DNA of 64,000 nucleotides, taken from the NCBI GenBank assembly GCA_044450645.1, contig JBIOJG010000015.1:39512-103511 (forward strand), read 5' to 3'. The translations under genes were made by a program, and so were the position numbers. The first letter of the stretch is position 1. Every line of letters starts with the position of its first letter. This DNA is from Candidatus Binatia bacterium. Its GTDB lineage: Bacteria > Desulfobacterota > Binatia > HRBIN30. Positions 21,111 to 30,689 of this stretch are shown here, piece after piece. The notes under the pieces were generated by a model, which made no database searches, had not been told where the DNA came from, and saw only the letters and a program-made list of their open reading frames with translations.

Positions 21111-22406
21111 ATGAAAATCATGTCCGTGAAAGGGTTTCATGACGTCCTGCCAGACGAGAGTGCCCGCTGGCAGTGGATTGAGCAGCAAGCCCGAGAGGTG
21201 TTTGCGCGATACGCCTTCGCCGAGGTCCGGATACCGATCGTGGAGCGGACCGAGCTGTTCAGTCGTTCGATCGGCGAGACCACCGATATTGTCGAAAAGG
21301 AGATGTACACCTTTGCCGACCGCGACGGGTCATCGCTGACCTTGCGCCCCGAAGGCACGGCCTCGATCGTGCGCGCGTATGTCGAGCACGCCCTGAACCA
21401 GCGCGAGCCCGTGTCGAAGCTGTTCTACTTCGGACCGATGTTCCGGCGCGAGCGGCCACAGAAGGGACGGCTGCGACAATTCTCGCAAGTGGGGGCCGAG
21501 GTGATCGGGCGGGACGATGCGGCCATCGACGCGGAGGTGTTGCTGCTGCTGCACGACCTGCTCAACCGGCTGCAGGTCGGCGGCGCGCAGATCGAGCTGA
21601 ACTCGCTCGGGTGCGCCGATTGCCGTCCGGCGTATCGCGCCGCTCTGTTGGCGTACGGCGAAGCGCATCGCCAGGTGCTCTGCGAGAACTGCAGCCGGCG
21701 CTTGGAACGGAATCCGTTGCGGCTACTGGACTGCAAGGACCGGGCATGCCGGGAGTCCACGGCCGATGCGCCGGTTATGATCGACTATCTGTGCACGCCC
21801 TGCCGCACGCACTTCGACACGGTGTGCGCGCTGTTGGCGCGCGAGGGCGTTGAGCCGCGGCTCAATCGGCGGATGGTGCGCGGGCTCGATTACTATTGCC
21901 GCACGGCCTTCGAGATCGTGGCCGAAGGCTTGGGCGCACAAAACGCGGTTGGCGGCGGAGGCCGTTACGACGGGTTGGTCAAGGCACTGGGCGGCCCGGA
22001 CGCCCCCGGCGTCGGCTTCGCGCTCGGTGTGGAGCGGCTGGTGCTGGCCGTGGCTGACCACGAGGCCGCCCGGCCGTCGCGTCCTGAAGTGTTCATCGCG
22101 CCGATGGGCTCGGCTGCCGAGGCGGAAGCGATGCACTTGGCACACCGCTGGCGCTGCGACGGGATGCGTGTTGAAATGGCGAGCGGAGGCAAGAGCTTGA
22201 AGAGCCAAATGCGTCTGGCTGATAAGGTGGGAACTCCGTACGTTCTGATCCTCGGGGACGACGAGCTGGCGGCTCAGGTGCTGACGGTTCGGGACATGGT
22301 GGCGAAACGCGACTTTCCTCATGCGGTTGCGCTGTCGTCCTCCGCGACCGCGTTGCGTCAGACGCTGGCGCGACTCACTCACCTGTCGGCGGAGCGGCAC
22401 GCGTGA
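21111..22406 (+). CDS. hisS: Histidine--tRNA ligase
   Basis: Class II aaRS motifs: [30 protein letters not shown] (motif 2) and GGGRYDGLV (motif 3). C-terminal anticodon-binding domain. 431 aa. Confidence 0.9.
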   Translation: MKIMSVKGFHDVLPDESARWQWIEQQAREVFARYAFAEVRIPIVERTELFSRSIGETTDIVEKEMYTFADRDGSSLTLRPEGTASIVRAYVEHALNQREPVSKLFYFGPMFRRERPQKGRLRQFSQVGAEVIGRDDAAIDAEVLLLLHDLLNRLQVGGAQIELNSLGCADCRPAYRAALLAYGEAHRQVLCENCSRRLERNPLRLLDCKDRACRESTADAPVMIDYLCTPCRTHFDTVCALLAREGVEPRLNRRMVRGLDYYCRTAFEIVAEGLGAQNAVGGGGRYDGLVKALGGPDAPGVGFALGVERLVLAVADHEAARPSRPEVFIAPMGSAAEAEAMHLAHRWRCDGMRVEMASGGKSLKSQMRLADKVGTPYVLILGDDELAAQVLTVRDMVAKRDFPHAVALSSSATALRQTLARLTHLSAERHA

Positions 22407-24181
22407 ACGCCGAGGGCCTGGCAGACTGGAAGCGCAGCTCGTACTGCGGCGACCTGCGTCTGAGCGACGAAGGGCAGACCGTGACCGTGATGGGCTGGGT
22501 ACACACCCGGCGTGATCACGGCGGCCTGATTTTCGTCGACCTGCGCGACCGTTCAGGGATTGTGCAGATCGTGTTCAACCCGGAACAGAACCAGTCGGCG
22601 TTCGCCTTCGCGCAGGAGCTGCGCAACGAGTTCGTCGTGGCCGTACGCGGCCGCGTCGAACGTCGGCCGGAGGAAACGCAGAACCCGAACCTGGGCACCG
22701 GCGCGATCGAGGTCATGGCGTCCCAGACGAAGCTGCTGAGCCAGGCACGCAGCACCCCGTTTCCGATCGATGGTGGTCCGGCGATCACCGAGAGCACCCG
22801 GCTCAAGTATCGCTATCTCGACTTGCGCCGCCCGGAGATGCAGGAGCGGCTGATCTTCCGCCACCGACTGGCGAAGGCGGTGCGCGACTACCTCGATGGC
22901 CAGGGATTCATCGAGATCGAGACGCCGCTACTCACCCGCAGCACGCCGGAGGGGGCGCGCGATTATCTGGTGCCCAGCCGCGTCAATCCGGGCTGCTTCT
23001 ACGCGCTGCCGCAGTCGCCGCAGCTCTTCAAACAGCTGTTCATGGTGGCGGGACTCGATCGGTACTTCCAGGTCGCACGCTGCTTCCGCGACGAGGACCT
23101 GCGTGCCGACCGGCAGCCGGAATTCACGCAGATCGATGTCGAGATGTCCTTCATCCGGCCCGACGACATCATGGGCGTCACCGAAGGCATGCTGGCCGCG
23201 GCGTGCGCCTTGCGGGGCATTGCGGTGCCGAACCCGATCCCCCGGCTCACGTATGACGAGGCCATGCGTCGCTTCGGCTGCGATCGCCCGGACATGCGCT
23301 TCGAGCTCGAGCTGGCCGACGTGTCCGACGTGGCGCGGCGTGTCGACTTCCAGGTGTTTCGCGAGGTGGTGGAGCGCGGGGGCATCGTCAAAGTGTTGCG
23401 CTTGCCGGACGGCGAGCGCTTGTCGCGCAAGGATCTGGACGGGCTCCCCGATCTGGTCGCCCCGTACGGCGCCAAAGGTGTGGCGTGGGTCCGTCTGACC
23501 GATGCCGGTTGGCAGTCACCGATCGCCAAGTTCATCGCCCCCGGGGAGCGCGCGGCCATCGAGCAGGTGTGTAGCGCTGGTAGGGGTGACTTGCTGATGT
23601 TCGTGGCCGACATGCCCAAGATCGTCAACGATGCCCTTGCCAACCTGCGCCTGAAGCTGGCCGACCAGCTCGGCATGATCCCGAGTAACCAATACGCTTT
23701 CGTCTGGGTCACCGATTTCCCGCTGGTCGAGTATTCTGCCGAAGAGAAGCGTTTCGTCTCGATCAACCATCCGTTCACCGCGGCGCACGAGGAGGATTGG
23801 GACCGTCTCGAGTCGGACCCGCTGAGTGTGCGGGCGCTGGCGTACGACATCGTGCTCAACGGTACGGAGCTGGGTGGTGGCAGCATTCGTATCCACCGCC
23901 CCGACCTCCAGTCGCGCGCTTTTGCAGTGCTCGGACTCGACGAAAACGAAGCCCGCTCGAAGTTCGGCTTTCTGCTCGATGCGTTGTCGTTTGGAGCGCC
24001 GCCGCATGGAGGGATCGCTTTGGGCCTCGACCGCGTCGCCATGCTCCTGTGCGGCGCCACTTCAATCCGTGATGTGATCGCCTTCCCCAAGACCCAGCGC
24101 GCCGTGTGCCTCATGACCGAAGCTCCGAGTCCGGTGGGTCCGCGACAACTTCGTGAGCTGGGGTTGAAGTTGGATGTCTAG
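22403..24181 (+). CDS. aspS: Aspartate--tRNA ligase
   Basis: N-terminal OB fold (SYCGDLRLSDEGQTVTVMGWVHTRRDHGGLIFVDLRDRSG). Class II motifs FRDEDLRADRQPEFTQID, QSPQLFKQLFMV and GGGSIRIH … GLDR. A GAD insertion domain is present. GTG start overlaps the hisS stop (GTGA). Confidence 0.9.
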   Translation: MNAEGLADWKRSSYCGDLRLSDEGQTVTVMGWVHTRRDHGGLIFVDLRDRSGIVQIVFNPEQNQSAFAFAQELRNEFVVAVRGRVERRPEETQNPNLGTGAIEVMASQTKLLSQARSTPFPIDGGPAITESTRLKYRYLDLRRPEMQERLIFRHRLAKAVRDYLDGQGFIEIETPLLTRSTPEGARDYLVPSRVNPGCFYALPQSPQLFKQLFMVAGLDRYFQVARCFRDEDLRADRQPEFTQIDVEMSFIRPDDIMGVTEGMLAAACALRGIAVPNPIPRLTYDEAMRRFGCDRPDMRFELELADVSDVARRVDFQVFREVVERGGIVKVLRLPDGERLSRKDLDGLPDLVAPYGAKGVAWVRLTDAGWQSPIAKFIAPGERAAIEQVCSAGRGDLLMFVADMPKIVNDALANLRLKLADQLGMIPSNQYAFVWVTDFPLVEYSAEEKRFVSINHPFTAAHEEDWDRLESDPLSVRALAYDIVLNGTELGGGSIRIHRPDLQSRAFAVLGLDENEARSKFGFLLDALSFGAPPHGGIALGLDRVAMLLCGATSIRDVIAFPKTQRAVCLMTEAPSPVGPRQLRELGLKLDV

Positions 24182-24857
24182 CGAGCTGCTCATGCCCTTC
24201 TGTCGGTCAGATTACCGAGGACGGACGACAAGAAAGCCAGTGCTTCGGTGCCTGCTGGGCGCGCTCGTCCTGGTGGTGCTGACCGGATGCAATCCTTTCC
24301 ACCGGATTCCGAGGATTTCCGAACCGATCAGCCTCCTTGCCGTAATGCCGATGGAGTCCGTTGAGCGCGTGAGCGCCACCCCGGCCGAGGGGGTGGAATC
24401 ATTACCGCCAGATGCCGCGCGGAAGGTGACAGCAGAGGTGTACGGTGTACTGACCAGCTCATCGGATTGGCGTGTGGTGCCGGATCTGACGGCGATGCAG
24501 GCCCTCAGCCGCATCAAACCAGGAGGTGACCTCGCGTCCCGCGCGCGTGCCCTCGGTCAAGAGGTGGGTGCGGACGGAGCGCTGTTTGGCACGGTCTCGC
24601 GTTATGTCGAACGCGTGGGCACGGGATACGGCGCGCGCCAGCCCGCGGCCGTTGCCATCACCCTGCAACTAATATCGGTCAAGTCGGGCAAGATCCTGTG
24701 GAGCGGTTCATTCGATGAGACGCAGCGGCCGCTCTCGTCCAATCTCTTCAATTGGTGGCAATTCTGGCGTGGCGGCCCGCGCTGGTTCACGGCCCAGGAG
24801 TTTGCCCGCCTCGGCGTCGAGCATCTGTTGAGGGACCTGTCGAAGAGGACCGAATAA
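24174..24857 (+). CDS. Putative lipoprotein (lipobox LTGC; LpoB/GNA1162-like guess)
   Basis: N-terminal signal with lipobox (LVLVVLTGC). Soluble domain with no confidently recognisable motif. The start overlaps the aspS stop. Confidence 0.5.
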   Translation: MSSELLMPFCRSDYRGRTTRKPVLRCLLGALVLVVLTGCNPFHRIPRISEPISLLAVMPMESVERVSATPAEGVESLPPDAARKVTAEVYGVLTSSSDWRVVPDLTAMQALSRIKPGGDLASRARALGQEVGADGALFGTVSRYVERVGTGYGARQPAAVAITLQLISVKSGKILWSGSFDETQRPLSSNLFNWWQFWRGGPRWFTAQEFARLGVEHLLRDLSKRTE

Positions 24858-24900
24858 TCGGCCAGCCCAAGGGGCTTGTCGGCGCGGGCCTCGGTGCGGA

Positions 24901-25338
24901 TCACCGTTCCATTTTGTTGTAGTCCACGCTCAACCAGCGTTCGGGGGTGAGGCAGACGAGGATTGTACCGCGGGCGCGCTCCCCGGCTGTGGCCTCCAGG
25001 TACCAGTTGCCTAACTGCTCGCCGAGGTAACGGTATGCCATGGGACGCACGTCGCGCTCGAAGTCGGGTTCTTCGATGGTTACCGGACCTTCGACGCTGA
25101 CATACTGATAGGGCGGTGCTTCCACCTGTACGCACAGGCTCAGACGCCCAGCCTGCTGAATCAACTTTGCCTTCGTCGACGCTGCGCCGGTGAGGAAGCG
25201 CACGGCACTGCCCGGCTCGTAGGCGTACCAAATGGGAAGCGTCAGTGGCCCGCGCTTCGGATCGGCGACGCTGATAACTCCCACCCGCTGACCTGCCAGA
25301 AACGCCTCACGCTGTGCCTTGCTCATTGCCAGGGACAT
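24901..25338 (-). CDS. Pyridoxamine 5'-phosphate oxidase-like (PPOX class) FMN/F420-binding split-barrel protein
   Basis: MSLAMSKAQREAFLAGQRVGVISVADPKRGPLTLPIWYAY … VRFLTGAASTKAKLIQ has the typical PNPOx-like fold signature. AAGGAG RBS 7 nt upstream of ATG 25338. The extension in the ORF track was rejected. Confidence 0.7.
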   Translation of the reverse strand: MSLAMSKAQREAFLAGQRVGVISVADPKRGPLTLPIWYAYEPGSAVRFLTGAASTKAKLIQQAGRLSLCVQVEAPPYQYVSVEGPVTIEEPDFERDVRPMAYRYLGEQLGNWYLEATAGERARGTILVCLTPERWLSVDYNKMER

Positions 25339-25369
25339 CCCGAGCTCCTTACTCTTTGGTGGGGTTCGT

Positions 25370-26035
25370 CTAGCCGCCGAACCACGCCGTGTGGAAGTAT
25401 CGGACGACGATGGTAAGCACGATGCTGGCGGCAATGACCGCTGGGTTCAGCTCGCGGAGTCCCTGCAACGTCGCGTTTCCGGTGAACGGCAAGAATGGAG
25501 TCGCGGCATGGAACGCACGGAAGCGAGAATCTCCGCTCGCCAGCTTACGCTGATCCTGGTGCCAGCCCCCGATGAGTGCGAACAGGACAAAGCCTCCGAA
25601 GAAGACAACATCGGCCGTGCTGCCATTCGGTAGCAGATGGAGCAGCCCAAAGAGCGCGAACGCCATGAACGTTGGGTGACGCGTGATACGGTACACATCT
25701 GTGGGCGTGGGGTCGCCCGGGACGGGACCCGCCGGACTGGGCCGTACTAGGCTTGCCAACAGCAGAGTGAAGGCGACCAGCATACCCACGTACATCACCC
25801 AGTGCAAAGGCGTCCCCCTGGGCAACGTCCACAGCCATGGGCCGGCATGCTTGTGTGTGAAGTAGGTCCACACCAGCGGCACGAAGAAGGCGAGGGCCAA
25901 CAGGGAATACAGAGCACGAAAACGAGCGTCACCAACGCTCGCTACGAGGGGACCACGGATCGGCGCGCTCGACAGCGCAATGTGGCCCCCGGCAAATCCA
26001 GCCCAGAGAAGAAGAATCACGATGGTTGCAGACAT
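25370..26035 (-). CDS. NnrU / isoprenylcysteine carboxyl-methyltransferase-like integral membrane protein
   Basis: Five to six TM helices. The conserved VYRITRHP and HLLPNG motifs are typical of the NnrU/ICMT-like family. ATG at 26035. Confidence 0.6.
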   Translation of the reverse strand: MSATIVILLLWAGFAGGHIALSSAPIRGPLVASVGDARFRALYSLLALAFFVPLVWTYFTHKHAGPWLWTLPRGTPLHWVMYVGMLVAFTLLLASLVRPSPAGPVPGDPTPTDVYRITRHPTFMAFALFGLLHLLPNGSTADVVFFGGFVLFALIGGWHQDQRKLASGDSRFRAFHAATPFLPFTGNATLQGLRELNPAVIAASIVLTIVVRYFHTAWFGG

Positions 26036-26281
26036 AATGCCCCTCCCGTGTCGCGGGGGCAAAGACTACCGCTTTGAATGCTCGGACGCCAGCGGAACGC
26101 AGCCGGCGCGCGAGCGGACAGGTGACGGAATTGTGCAGCCAGAGAGTGGCCGCTGACCTGAGCGCTTGAAATTGATGCCGCTGTCGTTTCATATGAAAGC
26201 CGGGCTGGATTCCGAGGATCTGGTGCGCAGCCTTCAGGCCTGGATGGCCGATCGGGAAAGCGTATACGCCGTGAGGGCGAG

Positions 26282-27724
26282 ATGAAGCGTAAGCTTGTGG
26301 TCCTATGGTTCGTGCTGGCGGTCAGCTTGTGCGCCGTGACCTTAGCGGAGAAGAGCGGCCACCCCTACGATTGGAACCATCCACGTCCCGAGGAGTACAG
26401 ACCCCCCGGCAAGCCGTACAAGCCCCTCCGCCAGCCTCCGGGGGCTCTTCTTCCACGGCAACACCACACGGGAAACTCCAAATCGCTGGACGCGCAGGTT
26501 GTCGCCAGTCTGGCCGGCATCTTCATTCTGGCGATCGGGACCCAATGGCTGGCATCGCTTGCCCGCATCCCGACGGCGTTGCTGTTAGTTGCCGGTGGTG
26601 TTGTGGCTGGTCCGGTCACCGGTCTCCTCGATCCCGACGTCCTCTTCGGGAACCTGCTGCTTCCCGTCGTATCCCTATCACTAGCCTTGGTTTTGTTTCT
26701 GGAAGCCCTGAGTGCGGGGAGGTCCGTATGGGACGTCCGCAGTCCGGTCATCGAACTGGCCGGCGTCGGCATGCTGATCTGCTGGCTGATCAGTGCCGCC
26801 GCCGCCTATCTGGTCCTCGACTGTGGCTTTCCTTTGGCGGTGCTGCTCGGGGCAATTCTTGCGATGACCGGACCTCCTGCGGCCGTCGGGCTCTGCCGCC
26901 GCCGGCGGGCCGGTCAGCTGAACGCTGTCCTGACCGGAGAAGGGATTGCTCTCGACCTGATCGGAAGCGTGCTGGTCATTCTGATACTCAAAGCACTTGT
27001 GGTTGGTGGCTTTCGCCAGTTCAGTGTCGTATCGGTGTTGGCGGCGCGCGACACCCTCGCTGTCGGCATCCTGTGCGGGATGCTCGGCGGAGGAGCCTTG
27101 TACGTCCTCCTAAAGCGCCAGTGGATTCCGCAGTCTTTAGCGCGCTCGCTTTGCTTCATGCTGGTCATCGGCGTGTTTGCCGTTTCAAACACGTTCCAAA
27201 CGGACTCAGGTTTTCTGGCGGTGATCGCCATGGGAGTGTTGCTGTCCAGTCAAGAGATCGTTCCAGCGAAACGTATCGTCCAGTTGTACGGCAACCTGTA
27301 CGAATCGCTCATCGCCGCCGTGATCATCGTGCTGTTTGCGCGGGTGTCGATGGCAGATTTCATTCACCTCGGCGTCGCCGGTGGTGTCTTCGTTGGGATC
27401 GCTATTGTGGCCGCTCGCCCGCTGGCTGTGGGACTGTCGACCGTCAGATTGCGATTCGACTGGCGAGAACGGATAGGCTTGTCGGTGATGGGGCCCCGCG
27501 GACTGTTGCCGGCCGGGCTCTCCGCTATCTGCACCTTCCGCCTGATTGAGATCGGCGATTGGGAGGCGACGATTCTTGTACCCCTGTCACTGTTGGTCGT
27601 CGCCGGTACGGTGATTGCGTGCGCTGCCGCCTCCCCGTTTGTTGCGCGTTGGGAGCAGGAGGCTGTCGAGCTGGACGCTCCAGGAACGCCGCAGGCTTCC
27701 GTGAACGCCGGTACGCTCGCGTAG
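26282..27724 (+). CDS. Cation:proton antiporter (CPA1/Na+/H+ exchanger family)
   Basis: ~12 TM helices. LAGIFILAIGTQWLASLARIPTALLLVAGGVVAGP … LFLEALS is typical of Na_H_Exchanger. 480 aa. Confidence 0.75.
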   Translation: MKRKLVVLWFVLAVSLCAVTLAEKSGHPYDWNHPRPEEYRPPGKPYKPLRQPPGALLPRQHHTGNSKSLDAQVVASLAGIFILAIGTQWLASLARIPTALLLVAGGVVAGPVTGLLDPDVLFGNLLLPVVSLSLALVLFLEALSAGRSVWDVRSPVIELAGVGMLICWLISAAAAYLVLDCGFPLAVLLGAILAMTGPPAAVGLCRRRRAGQLNAVLTGEGIALDLIGSVLVILILKALVVGGFRQFSVVSVLAARDTLAVGILCGMLGGGALYVLLKRQWIPQSLARSLCFMLVIGVFAVSNTFQTDSGFLAVIAMGVLLSSQEIVPAKRIVQLYGNLYESLIAAVIIVLFARVSMADFIHLGVAGGVFVGIAIVAARPLAVGLSTVRLRFDWRERIGLSVMGPRGLLPAGLSAICTFRLIEIGDWEATILVPLSLLVVAGTVIACAAASPFVARWEQEAVELDAPGTPQASVNAGTLA

Positions 27725-28028
27725 AAGGCCCGCGTTTTGCCGGTGTCCAGGGGTTGAGGGACCACAACGGGCAACCAGCCGTGTTTGTCGGCCCGGAGGC
27801 GCGCTAGCCAATCCCATGACCAGCTAGCTGCCTTACGACGTGCAGTGTCAGCAGGCTGAGGGGCCGAGCAGCTCCGATTCTACGGCCGGTTCGGGCTAAG
27901 CATGTCCTCAGCGCATCTGGGGAAAACGGCACGGAAGTGCCAGCGCCGCCGGCCTGAAATCCAACTCCGGCGTGGGTACCAATAGGCTTTCCGGCTGATG
28001 GCACGGACATTGTTGTAGAGTGCAAGCA

Positions 28029-29339
28029 ATGAACGCGACGCCTCCAAACAAGAGGAACACGGTCGTCCTGCTCCGGTGGGTTCTCATCATCGCGTTCTCC
28101 TATTTGCTGGTGCTGGACGGATCCCAGCCGTACCCTCAGGCCTGTGTGGTGGTGTTGATCGCCGCGGCCCTGGCTTCGAATCTCGTGGTTGCGCGGATAC
28201 CAGAGGCCTGGGCGCTCCACCCGGTGTTTGATTTCGGCGTGGTCCTCTTCGATTCTGCCTGGGTCACCTTGGGATTGATCTGGGCACCGAATGTGTCCGA
28301 GGACTTGTTCTTGCTCTATTTCCTCGTGATCTTTGTCGCCGCCATGGGCGAGTCCTTGTTGACCACAGTGGGCAGCGCCGTCCTCGTCGGGATCGTCTAC
28401 GGGGCGACGTTGTCATTTCAGCCTAGTGGTGATTTCCGGCTCACATCCACAGCGCTGCTGCGCGTGCCATTCCTCTTCGTCGTGTCACTGTTTTATGGCT
28501 ACTTCGTGACGGAAATCCGTACTGGCCGCAGTGAAGCGAATGATGCCAAACTCCGCGAACAAGCCAAGAGTGAGTTGCTGGCCGCGGTGAGTCATGACTT
28601 GCGCGGTCCCCTCGGAAACGTGGAGAACCTGATCGCGTTGGTTCTCGAAGATGAAGCGCAGAAGCCGGCGGACGCCCGGGTGCTCCTCTTGCGCGCCCAG
28701 GCGAACGTGCGCCGCGTCAGCCTGCTGGTCACCAATCTCTTGCAGGCGGCCTGCATCGAGGCCGGTCAGCTGCAACTGCAAACGGCCCCCGTCCAGCTCA
28801 ACGACATCGTCGAGGACATGTTCAATATCGAGTCCGGGGCGGCTTCGCTGAAGCAGGTGACGCTCCGCAAAGAAGTCGAACCTGAGCTTCCAATCATCGA
28901 TGCGGACTTCATGCACATGGGGCGAATCGTTCAGAATCTCGTCGACAACGCCATCAAGTACACCAACGCAGGCGGAACGGCAGTCATCCGCACGGCGCAC
29001 GATGCAGAGACGGTGAGTGTGAGTGTGGAGGACAGCGGGTCCGGGATGGACGAGGCGCAGTGCAAAGAGCTGTTCGCCCCGTACCGGCGCGTGCATCTTG
29101 GTGGCTACACCCCGGGGATGGGGCTTGGCTTGCACATCGTGAAGAAACTGGCGGAAGCCCAGGGAGGCACGGTAATCGTGCATAGCACGCCAGGCGTGGG
29201 ATCGACCTTCGTCGTCTCGCTTCCGCGCACCCTTGCGCCGAGAGCTTCCACTCCGGTGAAGAGACGCAAAGCCGCGGTACAGTCCCCTTCGTCGGTGCGC
29301 CCGCTGGACCACCCGCTGCCCAGCCCTCGGGCGGCCTGA
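28029..29339 (+). CDS. Membrane sensor histidine kinase (multi-TM sensor, HisKA, HATPase_c)
   Basis: Five to six N-terminal TM helices. H-box LAAVSHDLRGPL. N/G boxes LVDNAIKYT … DSGSGMD … GMGLGLHIVKKLAEAQGG. ATG at 28029 (MNATPPNK). Confidence 0.8.
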   Translation: MNATPPNKRNTVVLLRWVLIIAFSYLLVLDGSQPYPQACVVVLIAAALASNLVVARIPEAWALHPVFDFGVVLFDSAWVTLGLIWAPNVSEDLFLLYFLVIFVAAMGESLLTTVGSAVLVGIVYGATLSFQPSGDFRLTSTALLRVPFLFVVSLFYGYFVTEIRTGRSEANDAKLREQAKSELLAAVSHDLRGPLGNVENLIALVLEDEAQKPADARVLLLRAQANVRRVSLLVTNLLQAACIEAGQLQLQTAPVQLNDIVEDMFNIESGAASLKQVTLRKEVEPELPIIDADFMHMGRIVQNLVDNAIKYTNAGGTAVIRTAHDAETVSVSVEDSGSGMDEAQCKELFAPYRRVHLGGYTPGMGLGLHIVKKLAEAQGGTVIVHSTPGVGSTFVVSLPRTLAPRASTPVKRRKAAVQSPSSVRPLDHPLPSPRAA

Positions 29340-29368
29340 CGGCGCGTGGCCGGCGTTCTCGCTTCTGG

Positions 29369-30538
29369 TCAGAGTTTGTAGCGCTGCAGCAACTGGCGTG
29401 CGATCACCAGACGCTGGATTTCGTTGGTGCCTTCGCCGATGATCATCAGCGGCGCGTCGCGGTAGTAGCGCTCGACCGGGAACTCGTTGGTGTAGCCGTA
29501 GCCGCCGAGGATACGCATGGCTTCGGTGGACACCTCGAGACAGGTTTCCGAGGCGAACAGCTTGGCCATGCCGGCTTCCAGGTCGCACCGCTCCCCGCGG
29601 TCCTTTTTCTCCGCGGCCTGATAGGTGAGTAGCCGTGCCGCCTCGATTTTGGTTGCCATGTCCGCCAGCTTGAGCTGGATCGCCTGGTGTTCGGCGATCG
29701 GCTTTCCAAAGGTCTGGCGTTGCTGGGCGTACTTGATGGCTTCAGCGAAAGCCGCCTTGGCAACGCCCACGGCACGGGCGGCGATATTGATCCGGCCCAC
29801 TTCGAGGCCGCCCATCACGTGGGAAAACCCTTGGCCTTCCTTCCCGCCGATCAGGTTGGCTGCGGGCACCGCGTAATCCTCGAAGTTGACCTCGCAGGTC
29901 TCGACGCCTTTGTAACCCAGCTTCTCCATGTCGCGGCTCACGGTTACGCCCGGCCCCTTCTCGCCGACGAACATGCTGATGCCGCGGTACGGCGGATCCG
30001 CATCTTTGTCGGTTTTGGCGGCAATGGCGTACAGCGTCCCATAGCGCGCGTTGGTGATGAACATCTTGCTGCCGTTCAGGATATAGACGTCGCCCTGGCG
30101 CACTGCGGTGGTACGGATGCGCTGGACATCACTGCCGGCATGCGGTTCGGTGAGACACAGCGCGCCGCGGTGCTCGCCCCGTGCCATGGCCGGGAGGTAG
30201 CGCTGCTTCTGGTCCACCGTGCCGTGCATGCGCAACATATACGCGAGCATGAGGTGGGTGTTGAGAACACCGCTCAGGCTCATCCAGCCGCGGCACAGTT
30301 CTTCGACCACCATGGCGTAGGTGGTGACGTCGAGTCCCAGCCCACCGTACTCCGGTGGGATGGTGGCGCCAAACAGGCCCAACTCCTTCATCCGTTCGAC
30401 GAGCGCGTGCGGGTACTCATTGCGATGTTCCAACTCACTGGCCACCGGCATCACCTCGCGCTCGACAAAGCGTCTCACGGTGGCAACAACCTCTTCACGC
30501 ACGTCACTGGGGGTGGTCACGGCATCCTCCGTAGGCAA
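29369..30538 (-). CDS. Acyl-CoA dehydrogenase family protein
   Basis: LCLTEPHAGSDVQ, YILNGSKMFITN and GGYGYTNEFPVERYYRDA are ACAD hallmarks. 389 aa. Confidence 0.85.
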   Translation of the reverse strand: MPTEDAVTTPSDVREEVVATVRRFVEREVMPVASELEHRNEYPHALVERMKELGLFGATIPPEYGGLGLDVTTYAMVVEELCRGWMSLSGVLNTHLMLAYMLRMHGTVDQKQRYLPAMARGEHRGALCLTEPHAGSDVQRIRTTAVRQGDVYILNGSKMFITNARYGTLYAIAAKTDKDADPPYRGISMFVGEKGPGVTVSRDMEKLGYKGVETCEVNFEDYAVPAANLIGGKEGQGFSHVMGGLEVGRINIAARAVGVAKAAFAEAIKYAQQRQTFGKPIAEHQAIQLKLADMATKIEAARLLTYQAAEKKDRGERCDLEAGMAKLFASETCLEVSTEAMRILGGYGYTNEFPVERYYRDAPLMIIGEGTNEIQRLVIARQLLQRYKL

Positions 30539-30689
30539 TTTGGTAAACCATGTTCATGGGTGCCGATCAATGGTGAGTGCTGATGCGTAATTCGTGACTC
30601 GGATTTCGACAGTCACGGATCACGCATCACGCGTCATGAGTTACGCCGTTCCTTGATCCGCCTGGTTCCCGCTGTTAGAGGGAAGCCCG

